Shown: in pieces, positions 42,732 to 54,543 of the stretch
Position numbering within the stretch: the first letter of the stretch is position 1
How the letters are laid out: every line of letters begins with the position of its first letter
Origin: an uncultured Verrucomicrobiae bacterium
GTDB taxonomy: Bacteria > Verrucomicrobiota > Verrucomicrobiia > Limisphaerales > Palsa-1400
Assembly: GCA_963707025.1 (NCBI GenBank)
Contig: CAVPOM010000009.1
Span: forward strand, 388,347-452,346
DNA: 64,000 bases
Direction: 5' to 3'
Translations under genes and position numbers: made by a program
The notes under the pieces: model-generated
Told to the model about the DNA's origin: nothing
Seen by the model: only the letters and a program-made list of their open reading frames with translations
The model's database searches: none

Positions 42732-45695
42732 GTGAGCGTGGCACTCGCAATACCCGATCACACCTTGCTCAGGCCCATTGGCCGCGGGGCGTACGGCGAG
42801 GTGTGGCTTGCGCGAAACGTGATGGGCGCGTTGCGGGCCGTGAAGATCATCTGCCGGCGGCAATTCGACACTGCACGCCCCTTTGAGCGGGAGTTGGCCG
42901 GCATCGAGCGCTATGAACCGGTTTCGCGCACTTCGGGCGGCCTGGTCCACGTTTTGCACGTCGGAAAAAACGACGCCGAGGGATACTTTTATTACGTAAT
43001 GGAGCTGGCCGACGATGCCTCGGCATTGGGAAGTGGAGACGGACTTTCGGATTCATACGCGCCTCGAACGCTTCGCTCCGACCTTAAACGGTGGGGGCGC
43101 CTGCCAACGGCCGATTGTTTGCGATTGGCCATCGAGGTGGCCAGCGGATTGGGACAACTTCACCGGCATGGGTTGGTCCATCGCGATGTCAAACCGGGGA
43201 ATATTATCTTCGTCAACAATAGAGGCAAACTCGCGGATATCGGGCTGGTAACCGCCGAGGGCGAGGGGCGGACATTCGTTGGCACCGAAGGCTACATTCC
43301 GCCGGAAGGTCCAGGAACGCCGGCGGCTGATTTGTATGCGCTGGGGATCGCTCTCTACGAAGCCAGCACTGGCTTTTCAGCGGACCGTTTGCCGGATGTC
43401 CCTTCGGAATGGCTTGCCGATAACGCCGGGGATGAAGAGCTGGAGTTGCACGAAGTCATTCTCAAAGCTTGCGAGGGCCAGCGCGAACGGCGTTACGCGG
43501 ATGTGGAAAGTCTCCAGGCCGACCTTGCCCTGCTTCAAAGCGGCCAAAGCGTCCGGCGCGTTCGGGCGCTGGAGAAACGCTATGCGCGCCTGCGACAAGC
43601 CGGCCTCCTGGGAACCGTTCTTTTGATGGTTGCATTGGTTGCCGCGTTTTTTGCCAGCTATCGCGCGCGCGTGGCTGCGGAAAGCAACGCCAGAGAAATT
43701 GGTCTCCGGCATAGCGCCCAGGAATCGCAGGCGCGCGCGGAAAGCGCGGAGCGGCTAGCCCGCCAGCAACTCTACGGCGCTTTGCTCGAACAGGCCCGCG
43801 CCACGGTCCGCAGCGGTGAACTGGGCCAGCGCGTGCGCGCCCTGGACGCCATTCGCCGGGCGGCGGCAATTTCAAACACAGCCGAGTTGCGCGGCGCGGC
43901 CATGGCGGCAATGGCCCTGCCTGATTGGCGCTTTGAACGGCAATGGCCGAAAACGGCCGATACAACCTTGGTTCAACTTGATCCCACGTTTGGACGATTG
44001 GCGTTTTGCCGCGGGAGCAGTCCAACGGAAATTCGCGCGGTTTCGAATCAACAGCTCCTGGCGACGTTGCCGGCCAGCACGAATCTGCCCGTTTACGTTG
44101 CGCGATGGAGCCCGGATGGCCAATTCCTGGCAGTGAAACGCGATTGGGGTAGCTCAGGCGACGTGGCGGACCTGGAAGTATGGAATGTCGCCCAACACCG
44201 GCGCGTCCTTCTGGCACCGGCAATCAACTACTCGCTGGCATTTCACCCGCGCTTGCCGCGGATCATGGCTGGTTTACGAGATGGTGGGGTCGCTGTTTGG
44301 GATTTGCAAAAAGGCGCGGAGCTTGGGCGATTCAAATTGCAGGAGGTCCCGATCGTGCTGGCGTTTTCTCCCGACGGCGAGCGTTTCGCCGCCGGCTGCA
44401 TAAGCAGCAATATCTCGATGGTTTGCATTTATCGCGCTGCGGATGGGTCTCGGCTGATGTCACATAGACTCGAAGACGTGGTGGGTGGAATCGACTGGCA
44501 TCCGGACGGACGGTGGCTGGCCGTTGCCGATTTCAGCGGCGCGGTGCAAATGTTCGACACCGAGACGGGCGTGTCGCGCCAGCTTGGCCGTCACAAAGTG
44601 CAGGCGGTCTTGGCGCAATTCAGTCCAGACGGCAATTATCTGCTCACGGCTGGCTGGGAACGGGAGTTCATTTGCTGGGACGCGCGGCGGATGGAGCGCG
44701 CTTTTGAAATCAAGTTGGACGGCTACAGGGCGCAGTTTCGGGCGGACGGCGGCGAGTGCGCAATCCTAACCGATACCAATGTTCAATTGCACGCCATCGA
44801 ACGGCCTGAGGCCTGCCGCGCGTTTTCCGAAGAACTGGGACCGCGCCTGCTTCATGCGGTCTTTTCGCCAGATGGCCGCTGGCTTGCGGCGTCTGGCAGC
44901 CAGCGCGTGGCGGTGTGGGACCTCTCCCGTCGTGATGACGGCGCGACCTCGCAGCAGGGCGCCGACAGCCGCCTGTTCTTTTCCCCACAAGGGGACCTGT
45001 TTGCCAGCACCGATGACCATGGATATCGATGGCGTTTGACGCCCGCATCGAGGCCCGGCTTGGCGTCTGGACTTGATCTAGTGACCGCTTACGACCTGCC
45101 CGAGTTCGCGTCGCTGTGCGTGGCTTCAAATCAAGTCGTGCTGACGGCTCAAAAAGGCAGTTGCGTTGTCTTGCCGGATGGGTCGTCAACGGCTCAACGA
45201 AATTGGACGCCGACCGTTCAGGGATTTAGCGGCATCTCTCCCGATGGCAAATGGCTGGGGATTTATCCGTCTTATTCGTCGTGTTTGAGTGTTTATAGCA
45301 TGCCAAGCTTCAAGCCAGTCGCAACACTCGCGAACACGGGCAGCATTGCCGCAGTGGAGTTCTCGCCTTGGAGCGATGAAGTGGCGGTTTGCACATCCAA
45401 GTCGGTGGAAATCTGGAGCACGTCAACCTGGAAACCGTTGCGCCAGTTGAATTTCATTCGGCTGCTCTATGCGCCCAACTCTCCGACCCTTTGGCTGACG
45501 GCCAACTACAGCACGGCTGGTCTCTACGACGCCAAAAGCCTAAAGCTTTTGCTGCCTCTGCCATCAGGGGAGCGGCCCATAGCCATCAGCGCGGATGGCC
45601 GGCTGTTGGCGACAAGCGTGGATACGCGGCGGTTGCAGCTTTGGGATTTGGTGGAAGTTCGGAGACGGCTGAAGGATATGGGGTTGGATTGGTGA
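42732..45695 (+). CDS. Ser/Thr protein kinase with TM segment and WD40 beta-propeller
   Basis: GRGAYGEV, HRDVKPGN, LADIGL, GTEGY; repeated FSPDG..LA WD40 units. Confidence 0.93.
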   Translation: MSVALAIPDHTLLRPIGRGAYGEVWLARNVMGALRAVKIICRRQFDTARPFERELAGIERYEPVSRTSGGLVHVLHVGKNDAEGYFYYVMELADDASALGSGDGLSDSYAPRTLRSDLKRWGRLPTADCLRLAIEVASGLGQLHRHGLVHRDVKPGNIIFVNNRGKLADIGLVTAEGEGRTFVGTEGYIPPEGPGTPAADLYALGIALYEASTGFSADRLPDVPSEWLADNAGDEELELHEVILKACEGQRERRYADVESLQADLALLQSGQSVRRVRALEKRYARLRQAGLLGTVLLMVALVAAFFASYRARVAAESNAREIGLRHSAQESQARAESAERLARQQLYGALLEQARATVRSGELGQRVRALDAIRRAAAISNTAELRGAAMAAMALPDWRFERQWPKTADTTLVQLDPTFGRLAFCRGSSPTEIRAVSNQQLLATLPASTNLPVYVARWSPDGQFLAVKRDWGSSGDVADLEVWNVAQHRRVLLAPAINYSLAFHPRLPRIMAGLRDGGVAVWDLQKGAELGRFKLQEVPIVLAFSPDGERFAAGCISSNISMVCIYRAADGSRLMSHRLEDVVGGIDWHPDGRWLAVADFSGAVQMFDTETGVSRQLGRHKVQAVLAQFSPDGNYLLTAGWEREFICWDARRMERAFEIKLDGYRAQFRADGGECAILTDTNVQLHAIERPEACRAFSEELGPRLLHAVFSPDGRWLAASGSQRVAVWDLSRRDDGATSQQGADSRLFFSPQGDLFASTDDHGYRWRLTPASRPGLASGLDLVTAYDLPEFASLCVASNQVVLTAQKGSCVVLPDGSSTAQRNWTPTVQGFSGISPDGKWLGIYPSYSSCLSVYSMPSFKPVATLANTGSIAAVEFSPWSDEVAVCTSKSVEIWSTSTWKPLRQLNFIRLLYAPNSPTLWLTANYSTAGLYDAKSLKLLLPLPSGERPIAISADGRLLATSVDTRRLQLWDLVEVRRRLKDMGLDW

Positions 45696-45710
45696 ATTCC
45701 CTGCGTTTTG

Positions 45711-45739
45711 TTGAAAGATTTGGCGCAGCGGGGGCTTAC
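45711..45739 (+). promoter_or_regulatory. Putative ECF promoter TTGAAAGATT-N13-GCTTAC for the giant surface protein
   Basis: 7 nt before in-frame ATG 45747. Confidence 0.6.
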
Positions 45740-45746
45740 CAAGTGC

Positions 45747-48700
45747 ATGAGCATCTCGCCACACCAAGCCACGCAGTCGTTCGTTTTGCACGCATACAAC
45801 GCCGTTCGCCAAGGAGTTCTCAAACGATGGTTTCAATCATTGCTGGTTGGCGCGCTGATTCTGATATGCGGGTCGCAGGCCGCGCGGGCCGACTATCGTT
45901 ATTGGACGGACGCTGCCGGCGATCACTTTTGGAGCACGGCCGCCAACTGGACGCCGAATATTGCACCAATCTCCGGCGATATACTCGTATTTGGCGATCC
46001 CAACAATGACAATGGCAAAACGAGCGGAACTACAATCGATGATATCACAAATATCAACGTGCAGGAGCTGCGCGTGGGAGCAAATGCCACCAGTTTTACA
46101 CTGATATCAACGGCGGGAACGTTGCATATTTATGGCCGGTTGTGGCTTGACGACTCGAGCGACCAGCCAGGTCTGTCCGTGAACTGTCCGCTAGTGATCG
46201 AAAATGGTGGCAACATCTTGGTCCAAAGCGTCTACAACTCAACGGGAATAGCTTTTAACGCGCCGGTTGTGTTCGCCGCCGGCGGAGCAATCACTGCTTA
46301 TGGCCCAGATGCGACTGATATAGGTGTAACAGTCAACCGCATTAGCTTCAACGCCGGGTTAGTTTGCACCAACGACCTGCACGTGGAGGGCCAGTCCCTC
46401 AACTTTAGTGCGCAAATCGTGTTTAATGATCTTACTGTCTATGGGAACATGTTCTGTGACGTGTTCTCCGCAGGAGGAAGCGAGGGTCAAAGTTGGATTC
46501 AGTTTGCTGGCACCAACGACAACTATATTCAAGAGACCCTCTATTTACAGGCCTCGGACGGCGAGTATTATCGTTTTTCCAAGCCTTCCAATCGGCTGGT
46601 CGCTCAGCAAATCGATGCCGCCGCGCCGATCTCCATCCAATTGGACAATCCCGGTAATTTCGGCGCCGCCTCGACGCTCATCATCGAGCAGGGGGCGGTG
46701 GTCAATTTAAGCGGAAACAACCCAATAATCGGGGTCGTGCGCCTTGAACATCAGTCCGCTGATGCGACCCCTCCGGTTCTTAACGTGGGAAACACCGTGC
46801 CCGAATTTGGCCCTGGCTCGGCCATCTTCGTTATCCACGACAGCTCACAGGGGAATCCTCAGATCCAAGGCAATATTCGTCTTGACGGGACCCAGATCAA
46901 TGTTGACGGGGCGGTTCCAAGTTTCCTGGAAATGGATGGAAATATCCAGGGGTCAGGATTCAACAAAACCGGACCGGGTACGCTTCTACTCAACGGCGCC
47001 AACAATTTTACGGGCGGGGTGACCAATTCGGGCGGCACTCTGCAGCCGGCCAACACAGCGGCGCTCAACATCGCAAGCAGCGGCTCGCTCCACCTCAACG
47101 GCGGATCGCTTTCGGCGAAATACCTCAATCTTGCGAACGTTCCGCTCTATGTTGACGGCCCATTCTCGGGATTGCAGGCATACACTCCGTGGAACTGGAG
47201 CGGGCCCGTGTTTCTTAATTCCACCCTGGCCGTTACACCCATTGATTTGAATGGGACCAACGCCGCGATCAACTTTTCCGGCCCAATCACGGGCCCGGTG
47301 GCTCGTCCTGCAAGGCGCGTTCTTGGCGACCGGCTCAGTCGTGCTTTCCGGTCCGGACGCCAACACGTTCACCGGCCCGATCACACACGGCTGTCTCCTC
47401 CTGGAGTTTGACAAGCCAGCGAACGTTCCGGCCTTTAGCGGTCCGCTAATCGTCGGCGGCGGGGGCCCTTATAATGTTGAGTTCGCCGAGGCGCGTTGGC
47501 TCAACTCGGAGCAAGGGGCGACGCCGAATGTGACCCTTTACAGTAACGCCATCGTCAACTTGAATAACTTCAATGAGAATTTCGGAGCCATAACATTCAA
47601 CGGCGGCTTGATCGAGACGGGCAACGGCCAGCTTTCCCTGGCCGGGGATGTCACGGTCAATCCCACCGGCGCCACGGCAACCATCACTGGTAACGTGGCG
47701 CTCGCGTCAGTCGGTAGCGCGATCTTTGACGTCGGAGCCGGCGGTGTTGATCCCGACTTATTGATCCAGGCTTCCGTAACCGGCACAGCGCCGTCGGTGT
47801 TTAAAACAGGGCCGGGCATCCTGCGGTTTGCCGGAACCAATACTTTCACAGCTGACATCGGGGTGAGCCAAGGGACGCTCGAGGTGGGGAACAATCAAGC
47901 GTTGGGAAATCCGCTCAACGTTTTGGCTGTTGACTCAGGAGCCGCCCTCCAGGTCGAGCCGGGCCCGACTGTGCCGAACCCGATCAACTTGTCCGGCAAT
48001 CTTGCTGTCCCGGCCGGTCAATCAGTCGCGTTGACCGGCCAGCTCACGTTGCAAGCTGACACGACGATAAACGTCCAGGGAAATAATTTATTGCTTGTTA
48101 ACGCGGCCATCACCGGCAGCGGCTCGCTGACCAAAGCCGGCACTGGAACGCTGTTCTTCGGTGGCACCGCCCCAAATACCTACAGTGGTGGCACTCAGGT
48201 CAGCGAAGGCACGCTCGTTCTCAACAAACTCAGCGGCGCCGTGGCTGTGCCCGGGCAATTGACCATAGGCGACCAGAACCCGTTCAGCCACGGCGGCGCC
48301 TCCAGTGTCGTCCAATACGGCAGTAATTGCGTCGGTGGCAATGTCACGGTTAACGGGAGTGGCAATTGGAGTCTGTCCGGAGGTTCGCAAAGCTTCAGCG
48401 CTTCCAATGCCGCCCTCGGCCCGGTCTTGACGCTGCGCGGCGGTGGCAGTGTTCAAACCGGGACAGGAGTCATCAATATTCCAACAAATGGCGATATTCA
48501 GGTCATTCCCGGCAACTCGTGGACTTCGATCATCAGCGGAAATATCGGGCTCGATCCGGGGCCGCACAATTTCGATGTAAGCCAGAGATTGTACACGGTC
48601 GCGGGGCCGGAGTGCAACATCACGGCCAACATCAGCCAGAACTCCGACGCGGCGCAACTGATCAAGACCTCGTCCGGAACTCTCTTATTGACAGGGACCA

Positions 48701-51700
48701 ACAACTACACTGGCAGCACGATCGTCTCAAACGGAACCCTCGAAATCGACGGGTTGCAACCGGCAAGTGCGGTTCAGGTCTATGCCGCCTCGTTGCAAGG
48801 ACGCGGGTCCCTTGGACCCTTGGAACTGGACGATCCCAATGCCGTCCTTATTCCGTCTGGTATGCTTTGCCCCGAATTCAATGAGGGCGCGACTCCCGGC
48901 GGGACGCTACAAGTGAATCTATCGGGCGAAACCCCGGGCGTCCTATACAGCCAGCTTCACGCCACGGTAAGCGTGAGCCTGGCCAACCTCAGTCTCAGCC
49001 CAACCTGAACTTTCCCTCGCAATACGGGGATCAATTCACGATAGTCAAGAATAACGGAGGCGCGGCGCCAACCGGCGCTTTCAACGGCCTCCCTGAAGGT
49101 TCCCTTTTTCCAATCTCCGGCGAAATGTTTCAGATTACATATCACGGTGGTTCCGGCGGAGACGTTGTCCTGACTCACCTTTCTCCGACAAATCAACCCA
49201 ACGTTGCTACATGGATCAACACCTCCGGCGGTGATTGGAATAACGGCGCCAATTGGACCACCGGCGTCGTTCCCAATGGGGCCGATGCTGTGGTGGCTGT
49301 CAGCACCGCGTGCATAATCTCCGATAACGCGAACGTCTCGCCTGCCCAAATGCTGTTCAACAGCCCGCTAGCCACCGTCGGCGGAAGTGGTAATCTTGCT
49401 GTAAGTGGTTTCTTTGAGTGGGAAGCCGGGACGTTCAACGGCTCAGGAAGCCTGATGGCCAATGGCGTCCTTCACCTATACTCCCCAACGTCCAGCACGC
49501 TTTCTCTCATCGGTGAGTCCCTGGTTAACTCCCTCTATGCAACGTGGGGCGCAAATACCCCCATAGTTCTGAGCAGCGGCGCCATGCTTTCCAATACCGC
49601 CAGTGGCACTTTTGATTGCGAGTCGGATGGGACGATTCAAAACGGTTCGGGGACGAATCTGATCGCCAACAACGGCGTGTTCCGCAAGATTGAGAGCATC
49701 GGGACGACGAGGATTGTACCGCCGTTTAATAACTCGGGTATCGTGAAAGTCGTGACGGGCACGCTCGATTTGGGGGGCGGCGGAACCTCAACCGGCCAGT
49801 ATGAGGTTAATTCGGGCGCAGCGCTTTCATTCAGCGCGGGAATTCACACCGTTTATTCCTACATCAGTGGCGCAGGCGACCTCTATCTGCTTGGCGGCAC
49901 GGTAAGCCTGTATGGACCGGTGAGCACCCTCGGCGCGCACAATTTCACCGGCGGCACTGTCAATCTGGGTGACAATTACGATCCCGGCAGCAACGCCGTG
50001 AGCATTGGCGCTTGCACGGTCAACTTCGTCGGCACCAACCCGGTTACGACCGGCTCGCTGACGATGGGCGGTTACGGCACTTTGGGCGGCTCCAACATTG
50101 TCACCGTCACCGGCCCGATGGTTTGGAACAACAGCTTCACGGTCTCTGGCAGCAACAGTTTGATCGCCAGCGGCGGACTAGCGATCGCACAGGGAGGAGG
50201 CTTGCTCGGGCGCACCTTGTTGAACACCGCTTCTGCGCTCTGGTCCAACAGCAGCTTCGGCGGTCTGACACTTGGCTTCGGCGCGACTATTTCCAACGCG
50301 CCGGGAGCAACGTTCGACTGCATTGGCTCTAACAATATCAATTTTACTACGGGCGGTGGAATGGTCGCTAACGGCGGACTGTTTCGGCTCATCGGCCCGC
50401 CGGCGACGATGACCATTTCGACACCGTTCAACAACAGTGGCGTCGTCGAAGTGCAGGCTGGAACGCTGAGTCTTTCCGGCGGGGGAACGAACACGGGCAC
50501 CATCACTGTTTTTGCCAACGCGGCGCTCTCTTTGGGCAGCGGCTCGCCCAACCAGTCTTTCGTCCAAAGTGCGGGAGCGAGCATCACTGGTCCCGGCCAA
50601 CTCATGGTCACCTCCTCGCTGGACAACGCCAATCTTGGCGGCACGGTGAATCTCGGCGGCAGCAATATCTTCATCGGCGGCGCTGCCAATCTTACCGGCA
50701 ATTATGTCTGTTCCAACGTAGCACTCGTGATCGGCGCATGCGCGGCCAACTTCAACAGCAGCAATGTCATTTCTCCCTCATCACTGACGCTTGGCGGTTA
50801 CGGCTCGCTGGGCGGGTCGAATCTCGTGACGGTCAGCGGGCCGATGATTTGGAACAGCAGTTTCGGCATCACCGGCAGCAACAGCGTGATCGCCAATGGA
50901 GGATTAACGATTAATCCGGGCGTCAGTTTAATTGGCCGGACCTTGGTGAATATGGCCTCAGGGCTATTGAGCAATGACGTCCTTCACGGCATAATCCTTG
51001 GTGGAGGCGCGATCCTCTCGAACGCACCGGGGGGCGCGTTCGACTGTGTAGGGCCTAACGACATCGGTTTCACAACCGGCAGCGGAACGGTCGCCAACGC
51101 CGGAGTCTTACAGGTAAGCGGTCCATCGGCGGGCACGACCATCGAGGTCCCGTTCTTCAACACTGCCGTCGTGGAGGTCCAATCCGGCGTGCTGAGTTTG
51201 GCCGATGGCGGAAGCTCCATTTCCACGAGCAACTCAATCGCGGAGATCGCCGTGTTTTCAAACGCGACGATTGACTTCCATGGAGGTACATTCTTGCTGG
51301 ATTCGTCCGCTATTATTGACGGGCCGGGAAATTTGAGCGTCAGTGGCGGAACCGCGAACTTTGCTGGAGAAGTGGACTTGCTGGGCACTCACACTTTCGG
51401 CGGGGGCACTGCCAACATCACCGGGTTCTATAACTGCCACAGCAATGCCTTGGTCATTTCCGGTGGGACTGCTAACTTCAACGGCTCCGGCGTCGTCGCG
51501 CCCTCGTCCCTGGTTCTTGGAATCGGCGGAACGCTGGGCGGGTCCGATCCAGTGACGGTCAACGGCCCAATGGCGTGGAACGGAGCTAGCGCCATCAGCG
51601 GCACAAACAACGTCACAGCCAACGGGGGACTGACCATCGGTCCGGGAGGCGTCTCCATCTCAGGACGAACTTTAGTCAACGACGGCGCGGCGCTTTGGAC

Positions 51701-52613
51701 CAACAACGGCCCTGGCACGATTGTCCTTTACGGGGGCGCGATGCTTTCCAACGCGCCAGGGGCGACATTCGATTGCATTGGCAACGCAACGATCAGTTTT
51801 AGCACCGGCGGCGGCGCTGTCGCCAACAACGGATTGTTCCGAATCCGCGGCGCCGGAGCGGGAACAACCACCGAAGTCCCCTTCACCAACTACGGCACCG
51901 TCGAAGTGGACGCCGGGGCCTTTGGCGTTTCCGGCGCGCCTTACATTCAGACCAGCGGTTCGACTTTCCTCAACGGCGGCAGCATCGCCAACTCGACGGC
52001 ACCGCTGCAAATCCTGGGCGGCGCGTTAACGGGCAGCGGATCGATTTCCGGTTCCGTGACGAATGCCGCCCTGCTGAATCCCGGAGCGCCCTTTGGCCAG
52101 GCGACGATTGGCGGTTCCTACACTCAAACAACCGGCGGCGTGCTGGCGATTACTCTGGCAAGTGCAACTCCTGGAACTGGTTTCAACAGCCTTGTTGTCG
52201 GCGGCGCGGCGAATCTTGGCGGCGTGCTTGCCGTGAGCGTCACCAACGGCATTCAATCCCCAATCGGAACCCAGTTCCAAATTCTATCCTGCGCCAGTCG
52301 CAGCGGCGTCTTCAGCGCTGTGAACGTTCCGGTCGGGATATCTGTCACTTATAGCAATAATGGTGTTTTCCTCGTCATCACCGGGCCAGTGATTACGCCG
52401 GCCGTGCTCCAATCTCCGCAGGCGTCAACCGGCCAATTCGGTTTCTTTTTTCAGACCGCGTCGAATCAAAGCTACACGATTCAAGAGACCACCAATCTTC
52501 CACCGACGAATTGGTTTTTTGTCACCAACTTCACCGGTAATGGTTCGGTTTTTCCATTCATCACCTCCCTCAGCAACACGCCACAAGGTTTCTTCCGAGT
52601 GCGCCAGCCGTAG
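45747..52613 (+). CDS. Giant (~2290 aa) secreted adhesin-like protein with autotransporter-associated beta-strand repeats; frameshifts near 47298 and 49000
   Basis: Repeated K.G.GTL.L.G.N.YTG motifs; three ~180-240 aa internal repeats; C-terminus YTIQ.TTNL...NW...FFRV. The three ORFs join seamlessly across short homopolymers. Confidence 0.85.
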
Positions 52614-52619
52614 AGAAGG

Positions 52620-52810
52620 CCCGCAAACTCAGGACGGAAATTCCTGGCATCTCGATACCCAAGCGGCCCATATTTCCGGGCGTGGCGTTCCACCATCATC
52701 GTTCGCAATACGGCCGCTTCGACCCGCTTGATAACATCCATCACCAACAACCGCAATTGGCGGTCAAAAGTGTAGCGATGCCACACTCTGTCCAATGTCG
52801 TGCCTGGCAG
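52620..52810 (-). pseudogene. Abi-family (Abi_2/AbiF-like) gene fragment
   Basis: GTTLDRVWHRYTFDRQLRLLVMDVIKRVE..LRT motif. Confidence 0.65.
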
Positions 52811-53044
52811 CGAAGGATTCATCCGGTCGTTTGGCCTCCCCACCGCAATCGTGGCAATAAAAACCCCGCCACATTTGAGCTTGGCTTGCGCCAGAGGCTT
52901 GGCAGGTATGCTGGTAACAACAATACCCAACAGTTGGGTTTCGTCAACTCTCATTTTGTCTGCATTTTTCATTCGACCAAGGGGCACTGTGCCATCAATG
53001 GATGGGGAATGTCATCAATGGAACGACAGGGGTGGCGATCTCGC

Positions 53045-53716
53045 CTATCGCCGGAGGACGATGCCCAACATCAGCCCGAACGAAGTGAGCAGGGACGCAA
53101 CCAAAAGGTAGGTGAACCAGTCCCGCTTGGTCAGGCGCTGCTCCAACCGCTCCCGTTCCTTGTTCATTTTTTCCCGCGCCATATTGAAATCCTCCTTTGC
53201 CTGGTTCCACGATTCGGTTCCTTGATTGAGATCGTCCTGGATTCTTCGGGCGACAGCCTCAAGCTCCCGCGCTTTCGAGCATATTTGGGTGGCGATACCG
53301 TGGATGACATCGTTGTAACCTGACACCGTCATGTCGTATTGCTTTAATCTTCCGTCTATTGCTTCGATGGTCGTGTTGGACTGAGCCGCAATCTGTCGGC
53401 GGTGGTCGGCTTGGACGGCGTCCAACAGTTTTTTGGAGTCACTGGCAAGCCGACGCGCATCATCCAGTGCGCTGTTGAATTGCTCCGAAAAACGGGCGCG
53501 GTGACTGGCTTGGTCTTGCTGCCAAACTTTTTGAGAATCCCTCAGAATATGAGGCAACCGTCCGATGGCCCACCATTGGGCCTTGGTCAACAAGGCCAGT
53601 TGCACCGGAAACGAGTTTTCATCGCCGCTGCACCATTCGGCCAGAATTTTTCGCAGGCGCTTCGCCTCTGCCGGATTGACGCCGTCACACAACAAATCAA
53701 AGTCGGTGTTGATCAT
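53045..53716 (-). CDS. Coiled-coil protein with C-terminal TM helix (integrative-element gene)
   Basis: Heptad-rich sequence; hydrophobic C-terminus. Confidence 0.6.
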   Translation of the reverse strand: MINTDFDLLCDGVNPAEAKRLRKILAEWCSGDENSFPVQLALLTKAQWWAIGRLPHILRDSQKVWQQDQASHRARFSEQFNSALDDARRLASDSKKLLDAVQADHRRQIAAQSNTTIEAIDGRLKQYDMTVSGYNDVIHGIATQICSKARELEAVARRIQDDLNQGTESWNQAKEDFNMAREKMNKERERLEQRLTKRDWFTYLLVASLLTSFGLMLGIVLRR

Positions 53717-53719
53717 AAA

Positions 53720-54254
53720 TCATTCTCCAAAATTAAGTTGCGGTTGCGGCCTCTCGGTTTTCCATTCCCGTTGAGGCGGCAATTTTGGTTCGGGCATGAG
53801 CGCCGTTGGCAAAAGCGACTCGGCAATCGAGTCGTACTGTTGAAACATCCGTTGCATGGCCCACTGGATTTCCCCGGCCAGCAAGCGTTCCAAGTGGCCC
53901 GCTTCGATGCGGGACAATTCGGCGAAGCTTAAACCGTGCTTCGCGTTGGCCTCGGCCTTCTCAGCGGCGAGCAACGTCGTTGGCGTGATGGTCGGTAGGG
54001 TTATGGTTTTCGACCCGAATTCCGCCAATTGCTGTTCCAGCGATGAGCCTTTGAACAGGTCGCCCCGCGCCTTGGCCGGATTATGGACAACAACATAATC
54101 CACGCGGTCGCCCGCGTACAGGAACATTGCCGTGCCATCCTGAATTAGCTCCTGGGCGTCCTCGCAGCCGATGCAATTCACGGCGGCCGGGACGGCGGAT
54201 TGGAGGCGGGGAACAACTTCTGTGCATAATACGTCTCCTGCATGTGGGCTCATA
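53720..54254 (-). pseudogene. Probable deletion chimera of two integrative-element genes
   Basis: N-part MSPHAGDVLCTEVVPRL...EDAQELIQDG switches abruptly to an unrelated C-part. Confidence 0.4.
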
Positions 54255-54543
54255 ATCATTGTCCTTTCTGGTGGGGAAACAAAAACGCCCGTCCCGGGAA
54301 GGAGCAGGCGTTTTACGCTTTGGGTTTTATTTGAGGTCTGGTTCCGGGTCTCAGGGAGGCGGAACCAACAGCGGCTCGGGGCCTCTGTCAATAATTTATA
54401 GCACAGGAATGAGGGCTATTGCAGGGGATGGCCGTTGCCTGCCAGTTGGACCGAGACGACCCGGTGCTAATGGACGTAAAGACGCATAAACCCCGCTCTG
54501 CAAAGGGTTTTGGTGGCATTCACCAGTCAAGATTTGTCGCCAT

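Noticed and set aside
49900..51950. Long DNA repeats as a possible DGR or CRISPR-like array
   Set aside because: They are in-frame protein repeats of the surface protein; no reverse transcriptase, adenine-specific variation or spacer structure is evident.
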